DNA of 64,000 nucleotides from Campylobacter sp. (lineage in GTDB: Bacteria; Campylobacterota; Campylobacteria; Campylobacterales; Campylobacteraceae), in NCBI GenBank assembly GCA_022775765.1, contig JALFKC010000055.1, forward strand, positions 3,051-67,050, in the 5' to 3' direction. The notes beneath the pieces were generated by a model. It made no database searches, had not been told where the DNA came from, and saw only the letters and a program-made list of their open reading frames with translations. The translations under genes and the position numbers were made by a program. Of the stretch, positions 41,862 through 52,244 are shown piece by piece (positions within the stretch are counted from its first letter, which is position 1; each line of letters begins with the position of its first letter).

Positions 41862-41870
41862 TGCTACAAT
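41862..41870 (+). promoter_or_regulatory. Extended -10 for rarA
   Basis: TGCTACAAT about 20 nt before the ATG. Confidence 0.5.
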
Positions 41871-41889
41871 CAAAACAAAAAGGAAGTCA

Positions 41890-43056
41890 ATGAATTTCGC
41901 ACTCAAATATCGCCCAAAAACTCTTGATGATATCTGTGATCAAGATGAGATAGTTTCAATGTTTAAAAACTTCATCCGTTCAGATAAAATCCCACACTCT
42001 ATATTTTATGGTGGTGCTGGTAGGGGTAAAACTAGTCTAGCAAGGGCGTTGGCAAATGATTTGGGGGCTTTGTTTTATGAGTTTGACGCGGCAAATTTAA
42101 AAATAGATGAAGTTCGCAAAGTAATCCCCAAAAACGCCCTAATTAAGCCGATAATATTCATCGACGAGGTTCATCGTCTAAGTAAAAACCAACAAGAAAC
42201 TCTGCTTATCCCTATGGAAAATTATGACGCTATTTTTATCGGTGCAAGCACAGAAAATCCGCTTTTTGCCCTTACAAGTGCGATAAGAAGTAGAAGTATG
42301 ATATTTGAGTTTAAGCCGGTTAGAAGCTTTGAAAAGCTCTTAGAAAGAGTGCAACAAGATGAGAGTTTTAGCATAGATGATGACGCAAAAGAGTATCTGT
42401 TTGTTAGTAGCGGTGGTGACGCAAGAGCGATGCTAAATTTACTTGAATACGCACTAGCACAAACTAACAGTGTTAGTTTGTATTTGCTAAAAACTATGAG
42501 ACCACAACCTTATGGCGTTGGCGTTAGCTCGGCTGATACTCACTACATTTTGGCTAGTGCACTTATTAAAAGCCTACGTGGAAGCGATATTGACGCTGCG
42601 ATTTACTATCTAGCAAGTCTTATAAATGGGGCTGAAAGCCCTGAATTTATAGCTAGAAGGCTGGTGATATTTGCAAGTGAAGATATAGGAAATGCTAACC
42701 CAAATGCACTAAATTTAGCTACTAACACGATGTTAGCTGTTAGTAAAATTGGCTATCCTGAGGCTAGAATTATACTAGCTCAATGTGTGGTGTATTTAGC
42801 AAGCTCACCCAAATCAAACTCAAGCTACAAAGCTATAAATGAAGCTCTAAATTTTGTCAAAGAAAATGATCCGCTAGAAGTTCCAAAATACCTTATAAAC
42901 AGTGATAAAGAGATCAAAAACTATCTTTATCCACACGACTATGGTGGCTGGGTAGATCAAAAATATCTCTCAAAAGATCTGAAATTTTATGAAAGTAGTG
43001 ATGTGGGATATGAAAAAACTTTAAATTTGTGGGTTGAAAAAATCAAAAATAGATAA
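41890..43056 (+). CDS. rarA: Replication-associated recombination protein A (RarA/MgsA)
   Basis: YRPKTLDD, Walker A GGAGRGKT, DEVHR, GASTENP, SLRGSD, SEDIGNA, KSNS, YLYPH. Confidence 0.95.
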   Translation: MNFALKYRPKTLDDICDQDEIVSMFKNFIRSDKIPHSIFYGGAGRGKTSLARALANDLGALFYEFDAANLKIDEVRKVIPKNALIKPIIFIDEVHRLSKNQQETLLIPMENYDAIFIGASTENPLFALTSAIRSRSMIFEFKPVRSFEKLLERVQQDESFSIDDDAKEYLFVSSGGDARAMLNLLEYALAQTNSVSLYLLKTMRPQPYGVGVSSADTHYILASALIKSLRGSDIDAAIYYLASLINGAESPEFIARRLVIFASEDIGNANPNALNLATNTMLAVSKIGYPEARIILAQCVVYLASSPKSNSSYKAINEALNFVKENDPLEVPKYLINSDKEIKNYLYPHDYGGWVDQKYLSKDLKFYESSDVGYEKTLNLWVEKIKNR

Positions 43057-43074
43057 TCTCAAACCACTAACAAA

Positions 43075-43101
43075 CTAACTAACAAAAATATGTTAGTTTA
43101 G
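43075..43101. terminator. Hairpin between convergent rarA and a hypothetical gene
   Basis: CTAACTAACA-aaaata-TGTTAGTTTAG. Confidence 0.55.
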
Positions 43102-44811
43102 TAGCAAGTTGATTTGGTCGCTGCCAAAAACACCACCATTTTCAAAAATCTCGCCTATGCTTTTATCTTGATAAATTGCTTGACAATACTCGCTATCTGC
43201 GTCATCTCCGTATCTTAGCAAAATCTCACCACTCTTAAGTGTGCTAATTCTCACGCAATCAAACTGCGACTCAAACCTGCCATCACTATTAATTGAGACA
43301 TTTGTCATAATTGAAAAATCACTATCAAACTCGCCCCTTGCTGTGTGGTAAGCAAGCAAATCCATCATAGCCGTTTTTATGTTTGATATATCTTTTTCTA
43401 GCAAATTTTCATCATTGCTCTCTTCCAAAGTTGTGGCAAAAAACTCACCAAGACTAATATTGTCATTCAAAATCAAATCAACTTTTTCTTTGTCAAATTT
43501 AACTCTCATTTTGTCGTTTTCATCCAAAATTCCCTCGCTTTTTATAGTTGATAAAACCCCATCTGTCATTACCCCAAGATATGGTTCAAAAAACTTTTTT
43601 GCACTGCTATTAAAGCTAAGAAGGGCGTTGAAGTCTAAAATTTGAGCAAAATTTTCTTCGGTAATTCCATCATTTTTGTCTATTTTAAAATTTAAACTCA
43701 TATCCAAAGTTGTGCTGTTTTCGCCTGTAATGGTGAGCTTATCTATATTATAAATTAGCCCTTTTTTAAGTGAGTTTAATACATTTTCAAAACTCGCCTC
43801 ATTTATATTGCTTTCAACTTCAGCGTCTTTGATAATGCTTTCATAAATTCTAGCATCAAAACTCGCACTTGCTAAAATCTCTAACTTTGGCAAATTTATA
43901 TTAATCCCCATAAGATTTAGGCGTATATCATCAATATTAAGAGTTTCGTTGGTATCGCTCATACCGCTATTTAGCGTAGTTGTAGCGGTTTGATAGAGAT
44001 TTTTGGCACTTATTGTGTCATTATCAACTTTGAGCTCTAAGCTAGCAGTTTTATAAATTTGGCTTGAATCAGCGGTTAAAAATTGCATAATATCTGGCTT
44101 TTTAATAGCGTCTTTTAGTTCAAAAATATACTCATTGCCACTCATTTCAATGCTTGAATTGTCAAATTTAAATGCTAGAAGTGGAATTTTTAATTTAGCA
44201 CTTTTAAATAGTTCGCTATTTTCACCGCTATTTTTGATGGACACGGTAGCTGAATTTAGCCAAAAAGTCGCCGCATCATTAGCCGCTTCAATATCTGAAA
44301 ATGTTAAAATTGTATCCAAAAATCCATCTTTTTTGCTTATGGCTACTTTTATAGGCTTGTTTGTCTTAAAAATTTTTTCGCTAACACTAGCGTAGCTTGG
44401 TGTTAGAATTTCTACAATACCGCTACTGCTAAACTCTTTGCCAAGCGAGTTGATGGGATGATTTACGCTGTAGGTGTAGCGAAACTCAAAGTCATCTTTG
44501 ACGCTATTTTTAATCTCATCAAGCACCTCTTCGATCTCATAGCTCTCAATATAGTTCATCTTTAAAAGAGGTAAAATATAGTTGATAAAAGTGTTTTGAT
44601 AAATTCGCACAAGCTCATCTTTTGTTATCACGCCCTCAAGCTCACCACTGCTTTGAGTAAGAGTGCTTTTGACCTCATTTTTCTTAACCTGCACTATTTG
44701 GCTAGCACTAAATGCGCTCTTTATAGAGCTTTCAAACTTTTTTGGTAGATAAAATATCACCCCAGCAACCAGCACGATGATAACTACTAAAATTGCTAAT
44801 AATTTTTTCAT
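43093..44811 (-). CDS. Membrane-anchored periplasmic protein (YdgA/DUF945-like appearance) with a pilin-like C-terminal segment
   Basis: N-terminal TM helix; beta-rich body; C-terminus DLLAYHTARGEF...MTNV...C...C. Confidence 0.6.
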   Translation of the reverse strand: MKKLLAILVVIIVLVAGVIFYLPKKFESSIKSAFSASQIVQVKKNEVKSTLTQSSGELEGVITKDELVRIYQNTFINYILPLLKMNYIESYEIEEVLDEIKNSVKDDFEFRYTYSVNHPINSLGKEFSSSGIVEILTPSYASVSEKIFKTNKPIKVAISKKDGFLDTILTFSDIEAANDAATFWLNSATVSIKNSGENSELFKSAKLKIPLLAFKFDNSSIEMSGNEYIFELKDAIKKPDIMQFLTADSSQIYKTASLELKVDNDTISAKNLYQTATTTLNSGMSDTNETLNIDDIRLNLMGININLPKLEILASASFDARIYESIIKDAEVESNINEASFENVLNSLKKGLIYNIDKLTITGENSTTLDMSLNFKIDKNDGITEENFAQILDFNALLSFNSSAKKFFEPYLGVMTDGVLSTIKSEGILDENDKMRVKFDKEKVDLILNDNISLGEFFATTLEESNDENLLEKDISNIKTAMMDLLAYHTARGEFDSDFSIMTNVSINSDGRFESQFDCVRISTLKSGEILLRYGDDADSEYCQAIYQDKSIGEIFENGGVFGSDQINLLLN

Positions 44812-44819
44812 AAATTTCC

Positions 44820-45794
44820 TTATTTGTAGATTACACTACTTCCTTTAATTATCTCACCAATAGCATATCCATCGCTATTTTGGATGATATAATCAGCGTT
44901 TTGTTTTGAGGCAACTACTACCATTCCAACACCACAATTAAAGGTCCTATCCATCTCAGCTCGCTCAACTTTTTTGGCTAAAATCTCAAAAATTTCGCTT
45001 TGTTTGATAGTGCTTCTTTGCACCACAGCCCCAAGTCCATCAGGCAAAACTCGTGGCAAATTCTCAATAATTCCGCCACCTGTTATGTGAGCTAGCGCGT
45101 TAATTTTATCTTTGAGAGCCAAAAACTCCTTGACATAAATTCTAGTTGGCTCAAGCAAGATTTTGATAACATTTTCATCGTTTTGAAGTCCTAAATCCTT
45201 GATGACTGCTCTGGCAAGCGAGTAGCCGTTGCTGTGAAGCCCACTGCTTGGAAGTGCTATTAAAACATCACCCTCTTTGACAAATTTGGTCCTATCAATC
45301 TCATCTTCTTCGGCAATTCCGACTGCAAAGCCGGCCAAATCAAAATCGCCCTTTTCATACATACTTGGCATTTCAGCGGTCTCACCGCCTATCAATGCAC
45401 ACCCTGCTTGCCTGCAGCCATCTGCGATTCCTTTGACGACTTTGGTGGCAACTTCAAGCTCTAATTTTGCAGTAGCGTAGTAGTCCAAAAAAAACAGCGG
45501 CTTTGCAAAATTGCAAATCAGATCATTGACGCACATTGCCACCAAATCAATGCCGATACTATCATAATGCCCTGCGTCTATTGCAACTCTAAGTTTGGTG
45601 CCAACCCCATCAGTTCCTGCTAAAAGCACTGGATTTTTATAACCACTTGGAAGTTTATACGCTCCACTAAATGAGCCTATAGTGCCCAGCACTCCGTCAT
45701 TTGTGGTGGATTTAACAAATGGTTTGATGAGATTTACAAACTCATTGCCTGCGTCGATATCCACCCCTGCTTCTTTGTAGCTTATCAATTTCAT
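44820..45794 (-). CDS. purM: Phosphoribosylformylglycinamidine cyclo-ligase
   Basis: YKEAGVDID, GTDGVGTK, GGETAEMP, SSGLHSNGYS, HITGGG, TFNCG. Confidence 0.97.
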   Translation of the reverse strand: MKLISYKEAGVDIDAGNEFVNLIKPFVKSTTNDGVLGTIGSFSGAYKLPSGYKNPVLLAGTDGVGTKLRVAIDAGHYDSIGIDLVAMCVNDLICNFAKPLFFLDYYATAKLELEVATKVVKGIADGCRQAGCALIGGETAEMPSMYEKGDFDLAGFAVGIAEEDEIDRTKFVKEGDVLIALPSSGLHSNGYSLARAVIKDLGLQNDENVIKILLEPTRIYVKEFLALKDKINALAHITGGGIIENLPRVLPDGLGAVVQRSTIKQSEIFEILAKKVERAEMDRTFNCGVGMVVVASKQNADYIIQNSDGYAIGEIIKGSSVIYK

Positions 45795-45852
45795 TCCTTT
45801 AAGTAAATTTATGTATAATTCTATCCTAAAGTTAATAAATTTAGGATTTTAT

Positions 45853-46470
45853 ATGTATAAAAATGCTATCGTAATCACAGGAAATATCGCAAGTGGAAAA
45901 AGTAGTGTGTGTGAAATTCTCAAAAATCGCGGATTTGAAATTATAGACGCCGATAGTATTTCGCACGAAATCTTGGCTAAAAACAGTACTAAGATTGCTA
46001 AAATTTTTGGAAATTTTATCCTTGATGAAAATGGCTTAGTTGATAGAAAAAAGCTTGGAAAGATAGTTTTTGCTGATAAATTAGAGTTAAAAAAGCTTGA
46101 AAGCTTGCTTCATCCACTTATAAAAGATGAGATTTTTGCTAAGGCTAAAGAGCTTGAAAAACTCATAAACTTAGGTGAGGTCAAAAGTCCATATTTTGTA
46201 GATATCCCGCTTTTTTTTGAAAGCGGGGACAGATACAGGGATTTTAAAAAAATAGCCCTAGTTTTTACGCCTTTTGATCTACAAATCAAAAGACTGATGA
46301 AAAGGGATAATATCAGCAAAGAGTTTGCCTTGCAAAAGCTTTCTAACCAAATACCAGCCGACGAAAAACTCAAAAAAGCGGATTTCATCATAGAAAATAG
46401 CGGAAGCTTAGCCGGTTTAAAGAGAAATATTGATGGGTTTTTAAGAGAGGTTTGCAATAAAAATGCTTGA
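45853..46470 (+). CDS. coaE: Dephospho-CoA kinase
   Basis: ITGNIASGKS, IDAD, DRKKLGKIVF, HPLI, DIPLFFE, RLMKRD; start at ATG 45853. Confidence 0.94.
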   Translation: MYKNAIVITGNIASGKSSVCEILKNRGFEIIDADSISHEILAKNSTKIAKIFGNFILDENGLVDRKKLGKIVFADKLELKKLESLLHPLIKDEIFAKAKELEKLINLGEVKSPYFVDIPLFFESGDRYRDFKKIALVFTPFDLQIKRLMKRDNISKEFALQKLSNQIPADEKLKKADFIIENSGSLAGLKRNIDGFLREVCNKNA

Positions 46471-46484
46471 TTTATTGTGTAAAT

Positions 46485-47660
46485 TTAATCTTTTTTCAAA
46501 ATATAAAGATACTCATTTAGGTGAATATTTCGGTTTTTTAGATTTCTAGAGCCACGAAATGTATTATACCGCTCTTGCAAAATCTCAAATTTACCAAATT
46601 TGGCTAGGTTTTCTTTAAATTCATTTTCATTTATAAAGCCCTCTGAATTAAATGAAATTAGCACAAATTTAGCCCTTAAATCATTTACTAGCTCAAAAAG
46701 TGCGTCTTTTGCATATGATTTTTTGTTGTATTGTGAGCGGTTCCAACTCTTTGGAATCCCTGCAACTTTTGAGATCTCTTTGGGTGCTTTATTAGAGGCG
46801 ATTAAATTTAGCATAAAATAGTTTGAGCCGTAAGGGTGTTGGTTGTAAGGTGGGTCAAGATATGCTATATCGATATTGCCAACGCTTTTAGCTAAAGAGT
46901 TGGAATCTTGTTGATAGACTTTAAATTCGCAGTTAAATTTGCTAAATACAGGTAGTTCTAGGTTAAATTTTGCAGTTATTCTGTTTAAGGAGTTTTTGCC
47001 CTCACCGCCAAATTCACCAATATTTTGCCTATTTTTATAAAATCCTTTAAAAACCCCAGCCGTATTTGACTTTACACTCGCTTCATAAAGAAGCGGAGCG
47101 ATGAAAAAGGCCTGCAAATTTCTAGGGATATTTTTATCGATTAAAAAACGCATAGTATCGATATACAAGGCGTTTTCTTTGGTATAAAATACCCTTTCGC
47201 CACTTTTTATGCACTCATCATTATTTGGGGCGTATAGTTTAGTGATAAAGCCACTTTTTGTGTGCATGGAAAAATCTTGCGTAAGTTTTGAGTGGTAAAA
47301 TATAAGCTCTTGCATTAGATCTGGGCTAGAGTTTGTAAGATAGCACTCATTTATGATTTTTGAATAGAGCTCAAGGTCGTTTGCAATTATAAAATTTGAG
47401 TGCTGTTTAGCATAACGTGAGACAATCCCAGAGCCAGAAAAAACATCAAAAAATGAGATTTTATCTTTGCAAAGGTCATTTTTTGCTTTTTTGATACCTT
47501 TGGATATAAAGTTTAAAAGCGAGCGCTTATTGCCAAGATATGTGATAATCTGTTTGGTTAAAAAATTAGGATTTTCAAAAACTATATCTGTTGTTGGATT
47601 TGAGATTTTATGATGATTATTTTTTGAGTGATTGGTAGCAGCGTAATCTTTTTCTTGCAT
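46485..47660 (-). CDS. ctsM: Orphan N6-adenine DNA methyltransferase, CtsM (Cj0208)-like
   Basis: ITYLGNKR, DVFSGSG, DPPY motifs; lies downstream of the thrS-infC operon; no cognate endonuclease nearby. Confidence 0.75.
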   Translation of the reverse strand: MQEKDYAATNHSKNNHHKISNPTTDIVFENPNFLTKQIITYLGNKRSLLNFISKGIKKAKNDLCKDKISFFDVFSGSGIVSRYAKQHSNFIIANDLELYSKIINECYLTNSSPDLMQELIFYHSKLTQDFSMHTKSGFITKLYAPNNDECIKSGERVFYTKENALYIDTMRFLIDKNIPRNLQAFFIAPLLYEASVKSNTAGVFKGFYKNRQNIGEFGGEGKNSLNRITAKFNLELPVFSKFNCEFKVYQQDSNSLAKSVGNIDIAYLDPPYNQHPYGSNYFMLNLIASNKAPKEISKVAGIPKSWNRSQYNKKSYAKDALFELVNDLRAKFVLISFNSEGFINENEFKENLAKFGKFEILQERYNTFRGSRNLKNRNIHLNEYLYILKKD

Positions 47661-47694
47661 AATCTAGGATAAGTGGCCTTAAAGACCACTTTTG

Positions 47695-48048
47695 TTATAA
47701 GGCTTTTTTTGCCAAATTTGCAATTTCACTAAACGCTTTAGCGTCATTCATAGCCATATCAGCTAAAATTTTTCTATCAAGTTCAATGCCGGCTTTTCTA
47801 ATTCCGTTGATAAATTTAGAATAACTTATATCATTTAAGCGGCACGCAGCGTTGATTCTGATAATCCAAAGTCTTCTAAAATCTCTTTTTTTCCTGCGTC
47901 TATCTCTATAAGCATAACACAAACTTCTCTCAACTTGCTCTTTAGCTTTTCTAAAATGTTTGCGTCTTCCGCTATAAAAGCCTTTGGCTAACTTTAATAT
48001 CTTTTTGTGGCGTCTTCTTCTAACTACGCCTGTTTTTACTCTTGCCAT
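47695..48048 (-). CDS. rplT: 50S ribosomal protein L20
   Basis: [23 protein letters not shown]...[11 protein letters not shown]. Confidence 0.98.
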   Translation of the reverse strand: MARVKTGVVRRRRHKKILKLAKGFYSGRRKHFRKAKEQVERSLCYAYRDRRRKKRDFRRLWIIRINAACRLNDISYSKFINGIRKAGIELDRKILADMAMNDAKAFSEIANLAKKAL

Positions 48049-48133
48049 ATTTATCCTTTCACAAATTGGCGCCCAAAAGGGTCTTTCCCACGAACTTTTT
48101 CAATGGGGAGTTTGAATGACTTGCGTCAAAAAC
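48049..48133 (-). promoter_or_regulatory. Structured GC-rich rpmI-rplT spacer (candidate cis-regulatory RNA)
   Basis: Minus strand: UGAC-GCAA-GUCA GNRA hairpin, a CCCA...UGGG stem and a CCC-UUUU-GGG stem before the rplT RBS. Confidence 0.4.
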
Positions 48134-48325
48134 TTATTTACAAAGCATCTTTTTGACAGATTTAACATCTGTGCTATGAACGAATTTCTCTTGTCTTAGG
48201 TCTCTTTTGCGTTTTTTAGACATTTTGGTTAGGATATGGCTTCTAAAAGCTGAACCTCTCTTGATTTTGTTTTTGCCTACTTTAAAACGCTTAGCAGCAC
48301 CACGAACAGTTTTCATCTTTGGCAT
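48134..48325 (-). CDS. rpmI: 50S ribosomal protein L35
   Basis: [15 protein letters not shown]...HILTKMS. Confidence 0.98.
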   Translation of the reverse strand: MPKMKTVRGAAKRFKVGKNKIKRGSAFRSHILTKMSKKRKRDLRQEKFVHSTDVKSVKKMLCK

Positions 48326-48407
48326 ACTAAATCCTTTTAAAAATTTTATGAAATTTCATAAGAATATGGATGATACTATAAATTTGCTTTGACAAAGATA
48401 AAATTAT

Positions 48408-48923
48408 CTATTTTTTAGGCACAACCAGCATATTTACATATCTTCCCTCAAACATCGGCTCTTTATCTCTATCGCAGATATCTTGCATCTCTTCCCAAAT
48501 TTTTTCGAGCAAAACCTTGCCAATTTCAGGGGTATTCATCTCTCTGCCCTTTAAAAATACACGAAATTTTACATGTTTTCCACTCTGTATAAATTCTCTT
48601 GCGTGTTTGATTTTGTAATTTATATCATTTTGTGCGATTTTTGCTGAGAGTTTGATCTCTTTGATATCGATAGTTTTTTGCTTCTTTTTTGCTTCTTTTT
48701 GCTTTTTTTCTTGCTGATATCTGAATTTGCCATAATCCATAATCTTGCAAACTGGGGGTTTGGCATTAGGGGCTATAAGGACCAAATCAACTCCAAGCCT
48801 GTTTGCGATACCTAATGCCTCTTCTTTTGAGATGATACCATAGACCTCTCCATCATCTCCAACGCACCTTACCTGTGATGCGTTAATGTCCTCGTTGAGA
48901 TAAACCTCTTTTTGCTTACTCAA
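48408..48923 (-). CDS. infC: Translation initiation factor IF-3
   Basis: [36 protein letters not shown]. Confidence 0.97.
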   Translation of the reverse strand: MSKQKEVYLNEDINASQVRCVGDDGEVYGIISKEEALGIANRLGVDLVLIAPNAKPPVCKIMDYGKFRYQQEKKQKEAKKKQKTIDIKEIKLSAKIAQNDINYKIKHAREFIQSGKHVKFRVFLKGREMNTPEIGKVLLEKIWEEMQDICDRDKEPMFEGRYVNMLVVPKK

Positions 48924-50746
48924 AAAACCACCTCATTTAATTTCTCCTTTAGTAAATTTATAAATTCATCCAAACCAAGGTCTGATTTGGCTCTAGCCCT
49001 TCTGTCTCTTAGGGCAACAAATCTATTTTTAATCTCTTCATCTCCAATCACCACAATCATAGGAACATGTGCTTTTTCAGCTGTTCTTATGCGTTTGTTT
49101 AAAGTCTCTTCTTTTGAGAGAATTTCAGTATCTATGCCAAGTTCATTTATCTTTGAAGCGACTTTTTTTGCGTATTCTAAATGCTCGTTTTTGATAGGGA
49201 TTATACTAACGCCAACCGGGGCGATAAATAGTGGGAGCTCACCTGCGGTGTGTTCTATCAAAATCCCAATAAATCTCTCAAAGCTTCCTAAAATCGCTCT
49301 GTGAAGCATAACTGGGCGTTTTTTCTCGTTGTTTTCATCAATATAACCCAAATCAAATCTCTCAGGCAAGTTAAAATCTACCTGAATAGTTCCACACTGC
49401 CATTTTCTACCAATAGCGTCAGTGATTTTTATATCTATTTTTGGACCATAAAATGCCCCGCCGCCCTCGTCAATGCCGTATTTTAGCCCTTGTTCATCAA
49501 GAGCATCTTTTAAAGAGTTTGTAGCGATCTCCCAAATCTCATCATCGCCGATAGCTTTTGTGGGTTTTGTAGAAATCTCCATCTCATAGCTAAAATCAAA
49601 TAGTTTCATCAAACTATCTACAAAATTTAAAATCTCAAGCACTTGAGATTTGATTTGAGATGGCATACAAAATATATGTGCGTCATCTTGAGTAAATTCT
49701 CTAACCCTAAAAAGTCCGTGCATAACGCCACTTTTTTCGTGTCTATGCACTACGCCATACTCGAAAAATTTAAGTGGTAAATCCCTATAGCTTCTAACAT
49801 CGCTTTGATAAATTTTGATATGACCTACGCAGTTCATCGGCTTAATGCCGTATTCTTGCTCGTCAATCACAGTAAAATACATATTTTCTTTGTAGTTTGC
49901 ATAGTGTCCGCTTTTTTTCCACGCGTCGGATTTTAGAATTTCTGGACCACGAACTGGTTCGTAGCCTCTTTTTCTATGAATTTTAAAAAGAATTTGCTCT
50001 AGTTTTGATCTAAGTCTAGCACCATTTGGTAACCAAATAGGAAGCCCTGCACCAATCTCTTCGTCAAATGTAAAAAGTTTCATCTCATTGCCAAGTTTGC
50101 GGTGATCCCTTTTTTTGGCCTCTTCAAGCATTTTAATGTATTCGTTTAGCCTGTCTTTGCTAGCAAACGCAACGCCATAAATTCTAGTAAGCATCTCTTT
50201 GGTTTCATCACCGTCAAGATAAGCCCCAGCCACTCTTGTGAGTTTGAAATTTCTTAGATATTTAGTGTTTGGCACATGTGGGCCACGACAGATATCTTTG
50301 AAGCTTCCTTGCGAATATATACTAACAACACCATCTTCTATGCGTTTTAACACCTCTTGCTTTAGATCATCGTCTTTAAATTCAGCACTCACTTTGGCTT
50401 TGGTTGAGCTTGTTTTGACAAAAGGTAATTTTGCGTTTATTAGCTCTTTCATCTTTTTTTCAATAGCTTCTAAATCTTCACTTCCTATCTTGCTTCCATC
50501 TTCTTTGGTAGCTCTAAAATCATAATAAAATCCATCTTCAATAGCTGGTCCAACAAAGAATTTAGCGTCTGGATAAAGCTGAGTAATCGCCTCAGCCATA
50601 AGGTGAGCACAGGAGTGTCTGATAACTTCAAGAGTCTCTTTTGAATCATCAAAATATATCGGCTCAGCTTCGTTTTTTAGTTCATCACTGATACTTTGAG
50701 TATCGATGATTTGAGAGTTTAGTTTATATGCGATAATATCGCTCAT
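48920..50746 (-). CDS. thrS: Threonine--tRNA ligase
   Basis: [45 protein letters not shown]. Confidence 0.98.
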   Translation of the reverse strand: MSDIIAYKLNSQIIDTQSISDELKNEAEPIYFDDSKETLEVIRHSCAHLMAEAITQLYPDAKFFVGPAIEDGFYYDFRATKEDGSKIGSEDLEAIEKKMKELINAKLPFVKTSSTKAKVSAEFKDDDLKQEVLKRIEDGVVSIYSQGSFKDICRGPHVPNTKYLRNFKLTRVAGAYLDGDETKEMLTRIYGVAFASKDRLNEYIKMLEEAKKRDHRKLGNEMKLFTFDEEIGAGLPIWLPNGARLRSKLEQILFKIHRKRGYEPVRGPEILKSDAWKKSGHYANYKENMYFTVIDEQEYGIKPMNCVGHIKIYQSDVRSYRDLPLKFFEYGVVHRHEKSGVMHGLFRVREFTQDDAHIFCMPSQIKSQVLEILNFVDSLMKLFDFSYEMEISTKPTKAIGDDEIWEIATNSLKDALDEQGLKYGIDEGGGAFYGPKIDIKITDAIGRKWQCGTIQVDFNLPERFDLGYIDENNEKKRPVMLHRAILGSFERFIGILIEHTAGELPLFIAPVGVSIIPIKNEHLEYAKKVASKINELGIDTEILSKEETLNKRIRTAEKAHVPMIVVIGDEEIKNRFVALRDRRARAKSDLGLDEFINLLKEKLNEVVF

Positions 50747-50945
50747 TTGTTGTTTTATTCCTTAAGTAAAAATTTGTTAATAAATCTCTATTTTATCTAT
50801 TTATATTTTAATATAAACTTAATATGTGGGCTGAATTTGATTTTATATGGAAATTTATCGTTGAAAATAGATTATATTTTGCATTAAGTAAAATTTATAG
50901 CGGTTTTTAATATAATACTGACTTATTAAATTTCAAAGGAAAATC

Positions 50946-52235
50946 GTGCTTACAAATCCAGTTTTAATAAGCATTATCGTTATGATGGTGCTATGTCTTT
51001 TAAAGTGCAATGTTATGCTTGCTATTTTGATCTCAGCGATAGTAGCAACTTGCCTAAGTAGTATTCCCCTTGTTAAAGCGATACCGCTTTTTATAGATGG
51101 AATGAGTGGAAACCTTGAAACCGCCCTATCATATGTGCTTTTAGGTGTGATCGCTGGGGCGATATCTTATACAAATTTAACCGTTATTTTGGTAAATAAA
51201 ATCTCAAATATTATTAGTGACAAAAAATATATTTTTGTCTTTTTAGTGGCATTTTTTTCGTGCTTTTCGCAAAACTTAATACCGATTCATATCGCTTTTA
51301 TACCGATTTTGATCCCACCACTTCTTAGCGTGATGAACAAAATGAAGCTTGATCGCCGTGCTGTAGCGTGTGCACTAACTTTCGCACTTCAAACGCCATA
51401 TATCTCACTTCCGGTTGGTTTTGGACTGCTGTTTTTCACCCTACTTCAAAGAGAATTTGCAAATAACGGCATAGATATAAGCATAAGCGATATTAGCTCA
51501 GTTATGTGGATGGCGGCAATTCCTATGGTGTTTGGGCTGATTTTGGCAGTTTTTGTCTTTAGAAAGCCTAGAGTTTATGATGAAATCTCTAAAAATATAG
51601 AGCAGAATTTAGACGCTAAAATGGGGCTTAGAGAGTATGGGGTATTAGCTGGTGTTGTGGTGGCGTTCGTGGCTCAGCTTTATTTTAAATCCTTGCCGGT
51701 TGCCGCACTTCTTGGCATAATCGTGATGATAATCACCACAGGAATTGAGTGGAAAAATATGGATAGAGTTTTTGAAAGAGGTATTCATATGATGGGATTT
51801 ATCGCGTTTGTAATGCTTGTGGCAGCAGGGTATGGCACTGTTATTAGAGAAACTGGTGGCATTGAAGATCTTGTAAATTTTGCAGCTGGAATAAGTGGCG
51901 GACAGCTTGGTGGAGCGATTTTAATGCTAGTGATTGGACTACTTGTTACGATGGGGATTGGCACCAGCTTTGGCACGATTCCAATAATCGCAGCGATTTA
52001 TTGCCCCTTGGCCTTAGAGCTTGGATTTAGCATAAATGCCATTATTATCTTAGTTGGGATTGCAGCAGCTGTTGGGGATGCAGGAAGCCCAGCAAGTGAT
52101 AGCACTCTAGGGCCAACTAGTGGGCTAAATGCTGATGGCCAGCACAACCATATTTGGGATACTTGTGTGCCGACTTTTGTGTTTTTTAATATTCCGCTGA
52201 TTATATTTGGTGCGATTTTTGCGATGATTTTATAA
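50946..52235 (+). CDS. Na+/H+ antiporter-family (YuiF-like) amino-acid transporter
   Basis: SQNLIPIHIAFIPILIPP, TMGIGTSFGT, GDAGSPASDSTLGPTSGL, HIWDTCVPTF. Confidence 0.85.
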   Translation: MLTNPVLISIIVMMVLCLLKCNVMLAILISAIVATCLSSIPLVKAIPLFIDGMSGNLETALSYVLLGVIAGAISYTNLTVILVNKISNIISDKKYIFVFLVAFFSCFSQNLIPIHIAFIPILIPPLLSVMNKMKLDRRAVACALTFALQTPYISLPVGFGLLFFTLLQREFANNGIDISISDISSVMWMAAIPMVFGLILAVFVFRKPRVYDEISKNIEQNLDAKMGLREYGVLAGVVVAFVAQLYFKSLPVAALLGIIVMIITTGIEWKNMDRVFERGIHMMGFIAFVMLVAAGYGTVIRETGGIEDLVNFAAGISGGQLGGAILMLVIGLLVTMGIGTSFGTIPIIAAIYCPLALELGFSINAIIILVGIAAAVGDAGSPASDSTLGPTSGLNADGQHNHIWDTCVPTFVFFNIPLIIFGAIFAMIL

Positions 52236-52244
52236 GGAGAGATT

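Noticed and set aside
39551-41890. attR duplication of the tRNA-Glu 3' end bounding an island
   Set aside because: No second copy of the tRNA 3' sequence was found, so an integrative element is not called.
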